From the NCBI GenBank assembly GCA_002269645.1, contig NIVC01004180.1, positions 1-56,403 on the forward strand: a DNA stretch of 56,403 nucleotides, read 5' to 3'. Below are positions 51,501 to 56,403 of the stretch, one piece after another (the stretch's first letter is position 1; each line of letters begins with the position of its first letter). Below the pieces are notes generated by a model. The model had not been told where the DNA came from. It searched no databases and was given only the letters and a program-made list of their open reading frames with translations. This stretch comes from Macrostomum lignano (taxonomy: Eukaryota). The position numbers were made by a program, and so were the translations under genes.

Positions 51501-54500
51501 CTGTTCGTGACGGCGACTTGCAATCCGAAGTGGCCAGAGATCACCGCTGAACTGTTGCCAGGACAGCGGCCAGAGGATCGTCCTGACATCGTTACTCGTG
51601 TCTTCGAGCTTAAGAAGAAGGCCCTCGTCTCGGAGCTCAGACATCGCTTTGGAGTGGAAGCCGCGCACGTTTGTTCTCTGGAATACCAGAAGCGCGGTGA
51701 GTTCAGTTGATCAGAAATAACTTATTTATTACACACTTTGCTTTCTGCTGAGTTCAAGCCTCACTGATGTTTCTACCTTGCTCTAGCATGCTCCCTTCCA
51801 GTAAATATTTTTTCTGATTTGACTTTCATTTCACTGAAGGACTTCCACATGTGCACTTTCTACTGTGGCTGGCCAGCGGACACCGAGTAACTCCAGATCG
51901 GTACGACGCGCTTGTGTCTGCGGAGATCCCAGACCCACAGCTTGAGCCCGTGCTGCATGAGCTGGTCAAGACGCACCTCATCCACGGACCATGTGGGGCG
52001 GATAACCCAGCCTGTCCCTGCATGGAGAAGGGGAAGTGTACCAAAGGCTTCCCGAAGGACTTCCAGTCGGTGACGATGTCTAGCGAAACCGGTTACCCGT
52101 TTTATCGGAGACTGTCACCAGAAATGGGCGGCTTCACCGTCGACAAATTATGCAAGGGCCGAACCATTCGTATGGACAACAGGTGAGTGAAAAAGAGGAT
52201 TTCCACATGAGTGAGCTGCCCGGCCGTCTTAGCACTATTTTAACAGCTAAGTTCTTACTATTCTGGTTCAGAAAATTCTAACATTGCTTCTTTCAGCTTC
52301 TTCTTAGCTGAAAAATTTACCATCTTGAATTTAAAGCATTCATTTAAAATTATTAACAAGCAACGAACCCGGAATTCCCTTCAAAACGCAAGGTGGGTCG
52401 TGCCATATAATCGAGAGCTGTTGCTCATGTTCAACTGCCACCTGAACGTTGAAGTTTGCGCGACGGTTCGAGCCGTGAAGTACATCATTAAATATTTACT
52501 CAAGAATGGCGACATGGCAACCTTCAAAGTTGACGCTGCTAAGAATTCAGCGAAACCCCAGGCGCCTGCAGCTGCAGCTGAAAGTCAGCCGATAGCTTCT
52601 AACAAGCAGCAGCGCACTGCCAATGAGAAGGCTGCCAAAGAGCCACGAGACGAAATTGATGAGTACCTGTCTGGTCGCTACATCGGGCCCATGGAGGCTG
52701 TGAATACCATTTTGGGCTTTGAAGTAATTATCTTTTTGACTGTGGCTTACAAACTTTCATCATAGTTATGCAGTGACAAAACTTAAGCTGTGTTTCCCGA
52801 GTGTTAACTTATTTACTTCCCAAAGCTCTTTCGCCATTTCCCACCATCTCCCAGGTGCACAACCGCTTCCCACCGGTCATTCGCCTCTGCGTACACAAGC
52901 CGGGAGAGCAGCTTGTCTACTTCAACGAGCAGACCGCGGCGGCCAAAGCAAGAGCGCCTCGAGATTCGACTCTGACAGCATTCTTCAAGCTGTGCCTCAG
53001 TGACGCTTTTGCTCGGCGTCTGCTCTACACGGAGGTGCCGTCCTATTTCGTCTGGCACCAAACTGAGCGCGCGTGGCGCCGAGGCAAGATGGGCGACGAA
53101 GTCGAAGGTCACCCTGGTGTGAAGCGCAGCAAGAACATCTCTCGGATGTACACGGTGAGCCCGAGGGCAGGGGACTTGTTTTACATGCGCCTGCTTCTCC
53201 TGCATGTCCGAGGGCCCACCAGCTTCAAGTCGCTGCACACGGTGGATGGAGTGCTGCACACGGATGCCAAATCTGCCTGCATGGCACTCGGTCTGCTGCA
53301 TCGTGACGACCATTGGCAACGATGTCTGGCTGAGGCTGTCCAATCTCGCATGCCAAGAGCCCTCAGGCACCTACTCGCTGTCATTCTGATCTGGGGAGAG
53401 CCGGATAGCGGACTGGACCTGTGGAACGCATTCGCAGAGGACCTTGGCGAAGATCTACGCTACCACAACCGTGATCTAAGTACAGAAGAGGTCACCGACA
53501 TGACGTTGCGCGAGCTGCAAAGCCTGCTGACCTCTATGGGCGGTCGCAGCTTGCGAGAGTACGGGCTGCCGGCCGCCTCTGCCATGCCTCAAGTAGGCCC
53601 GATGCAGTTCGACACGGACGAGCAGGCTGAGATAGCGAGGACGCGCCTGCCAACGCTGACCGACGAACAGAGGGCCGTGTACGAGGCAGTGACTGCCGAT
53701 CTGATTGCCGGCTCTGGCGGTCTGCATTTTCTGGACGCTCCAGCTGGGTCAGGGAAGACCTATTTGCTAGAGGTTTTGCTGGCGTTTGTAAGAAGCCGCG
53801 GAGAAGTCGCCCTGGCCGTAGCGTCATCTGGCATTGCAGCCACTTTGCTACCAGGTGGACAGACGGCGCATTCCACGTGAGTTTTAAACTTCATGGTTTT
53901 TAATTTTGCTACATTTAACTTTCTGCATGTATTGGTGCATAGTACATGCAATCTATCTATATAACGGCATGATTAGAGGTTTTGATTTTTCTTTAAAATT
54001 AATTCAAAGAAAGAAATATAAAAGTTGTATGTAATTTTTTTCAGCTTCACAATCTGCCGAAACAATCTCAGAAAATTGATTGCTTACATTCAAGAAAAAA
54101 TTCTGATGGCCTGTGCACAATTTCATTCTCTCCAGTTTCAAGATCCCAGTTCGACTCGTTCGCTCGGAGAAGGACGTCTGCTCGATTAGCTCGCAGTCAA
54201 AGCAAGCAGCGGTGTTGCGGACGGTTCGGCTCATCGTCTGGGATGAGATTTCAATGGCCAACCGGAAGGACCTGGAGACTGTCGAACGAAGTCTGCGAGA
54301 CGTACGAAGGCAAGATCGCCCTTTCGGTGGAGCTGTGATTGTGTGCTCCGGAGACTTTCGACAACTGCTGCCTGTCGTGAAAAGCGGAACGCGAGCCAAC
54401 AACGTGTTTGCGTGCGTCAGCCGATCCAAGTTTTGGCCATTGTTTCAGCGGCATCGCCTGAGGACCAACATACGGCTGCTGAGGAGTTCCGATGCGGCAC

Positions 54501-55497
54501 TGTATGAGCGCTACTCGAGACTTCTGATTCAGGTGGGATGTACACTGTACTTTTTATACCGTACTTTTGATTGCTGTAGGTTGTTTATTTTCTACCTGGC
54601 TTTTCTAATAATAGATTACGTAACCAGTGATTTTTGATATCTAAAACCAACTGTTATTTATGATTATACTTATCAAGTCTTTATGTTGGAAACGTAATTT
54701 TGCTTTCTCTTTTATCCGTTTTTCGTTCACAGATCGGTTCTGGTTTGGTCCCAGAAGATTTGGAGGGAAACATTTCGCTGCCTTCCGAGATCTTGTTGCC
54801 AGCAGAGGCCAGCCTGACGGACCTTATCAAATTCGTTTATCCGTCATTTGAGGCCTCGGCGGAGAGAGAGGTCTACTTTGCAAATAGAGCCATCCTGGCA
54901 CCCTACAATGACTCCGTCAATGCCATCAATGAGCACTGCCTGGCCATGTTCCCTGGGACACAGCGCGAGTACCGATCAGTCGACAGCGTTGCAGACGAGG
55001 ATTCGGCAACTCACTTCCCGCCAGAGTTGCTGAACCAGCTCGATGCGCCAAATTTTCCAACGCACCTGCTGAGACTCAAAGTTGGCATGCCAATTGTGCT
55101 CCTGCGCAACCTCAACCCACCGCGGCTTTGCAACGGCACCCGACTCATTATCCTAGCGCTGGGCGAGAACGTGCTGCGCTGCAAAGTGGCTGCCGGCCAG
55201 TTCACCGGCGATGAGATCCTGCTGCCGCGGATCCCTCTGGTGCCGAACAACGCGGACCTGCCCGTAGCATTCAAACGGCTGCAGTTTCCGGTGAAGCCAA
55301 GCTTTTGCCTGACTATCCACAAGTCCCAGGGGCAGAGCTTGGAGACTGTCGGCATTGACCTGACTGTGGGATGCTTTGCTCACGGACAGCTCTACACTGC
55401 TCTGTCTCGAGCCAAGAATGCAGCGAATATCCGAGTCAGGATGCCGGGAACCACGACAAAGAACGTCGTTTATCCAGAGATTCTCACACGAGATTAG
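48599..55497 (+). CDS. Helitron Rep-helicase transposase with STPR repeats, OTU protease, Zn-finger, HUH Rep and PIF1 helicase; 9 exons, ~1743 aa
   Basis: Exons 48599-49007 (needs +1 A in the A7 run at 48643), 49288-49896, 50251-50835, 50927-51696, 51840-52182, 52393-52723, 52855-53876, 54136-54532, 54733-55497. All introns are GT-AG and phases are consistent (2,2,2,1,2,0,2,0). Motifs: GDGNC/EHY, CKFC..CCAKG, FVTATCNPKWPEI, EYQKRG|LPHVH, DNR|WVVPYN, YIIKY, APAGSGKT, WDEISM, GDFRQLLPV, HKSQGQS. Confidence 0.93.
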
Positions 55498-56403
55498 CGC
55501 TGATTATGCATGACTTATAAGTATGTCCTTTTAGTTCTATTAAATTAAAGTCTTATAGTGAAATGAAAAACTCAAAGTTTAGACAATAAATTAAGCATAG
55601 AGGATTTACACGCCTAAAGCAAAAGAATTTAGCCATCACGTGCTAGCACAAAGCTGACAGAAGGCCAGAAAAAAGTCAATTTCAATTTGTGAACTGGTTT
55701 TGAACAACGGTTTCTGTTCTGTCGATTTCACAACCTTAAATTTCACAACCTCAAAATCAGTTTTCATTTCACTGTTACGATATGTATCATGATTTACTTA
55801 CAGCCTTTGATATGTATGCTACTATTATACTCTTACCGTAAATCTGTATAGTATGCAGGGAATTTGTAAGCTATTCCATATTCATAAAGTATAAACTTAT
55901 TTTTAAATAGCTTATATTTAAGGCAATACCTTTATTAAATCCCCAAGATGCTTAATACCAGTACAACCGCAGTTATTGAGCAGTTATTAATTTCAATTAG
56001 TTTCAATAATGCTGGTGCCCACCATCACAGCTTTTCACCTCCCATCGCAGTAAATGTGCACCAGCAAGATATGAAGAAAATCCTACTATAATGCTATATT
56101 CCGCGAAAAAAATCAGGCAATTCTTTCATCAATATCTGATTCTGTAGAATACTCGTACTACTAGCTTATTCATACTTATTTTTACTCTGGAGACTGTATT
56201 TTACCTGCTACTATGAGTACTTTATACGCATTTAGTTTATGTATTGATGTACAAGTATTCTACGAGACTCCAGCTCGTGCGGGACTTTCCACTATGGCTA
56301 AATTTATAATATAGTAAAGTGCACGTTACATTCGCACTGAAGCCATGAAAAGATTAAACTGAAGTGGAAAGTCCTGAATGATGTCTTCCGTCTTTCTCAT
56401 TTC

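Larger units (their letters stand above)
46536..56403 (+). mobile_element. Putative autonomous Helitron; 3' end beyond the window
   Basis: Family-C 5' end at 46536. No hairpin + CTAG|T was seen between this end and the RepHel gene, or after the gene. Confidence 0.7.

Noticed and set aside
48597-55383. Numerous antisense or alternate-frame ORFs over GC-rich coding regions (also 13326-14144 and 30090-30515)
   Set aside because: Shadow ORFs of the real genes.
55498-56403. 3' end of the autonomous Helitron at CTAG 55643 or 56161
   Set aside because: Neither has an upstream GC hairpin nor a following T.

Overview
Eukaryotic, intron-containing animal DNA. The host is tentatively a macrostomid flatworm (Macrostomum-like), inferred only from my recall of the LINE protein family at 15.1-15.6 kb and from TTAGGG repeats. 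The window has three zones. (1) 1-8194 is the right end of an AT-rich Polinton/Maverick (adintovirus-like) element, inserted in the intron of a CUB-domain gene. It carries a protein-primed DNA polymerase B split mostly by single-base homopolymer indels, small virion-type proteins with adenovirus pX/pVI-like motifs, and an unusual 276-bp terminal fold-back whose two arms both start AGAGTAGT. (2) 8.2-15.6 kb holds host genes: a CUB exon, a two-exon PAN + F-type lectin, an intronless WW-less PCIF1-like NPPF methyltransferase, and an F-box ORF truncated by a LINE fragment. (3) About 15.8-56.4 kb is a roughly 40-kb Helitron island. Many non-autonomous units are joined head-to-tail at CTNG|T junctions and share a 5' ATATACTAAA motif and a GGATTAAATATTCGAAAAAC box; several also carry tRNA-derived Pol III cassettes and satellite arrays. 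The island ends in a nine-exon autonomous Helitron gene (STPR repeats, OTU protease, Zn-finger, HUH Rep, PIF1 helicase; about 1743 aa after one poly-A correction). Everything was read by eye; no searches were run.
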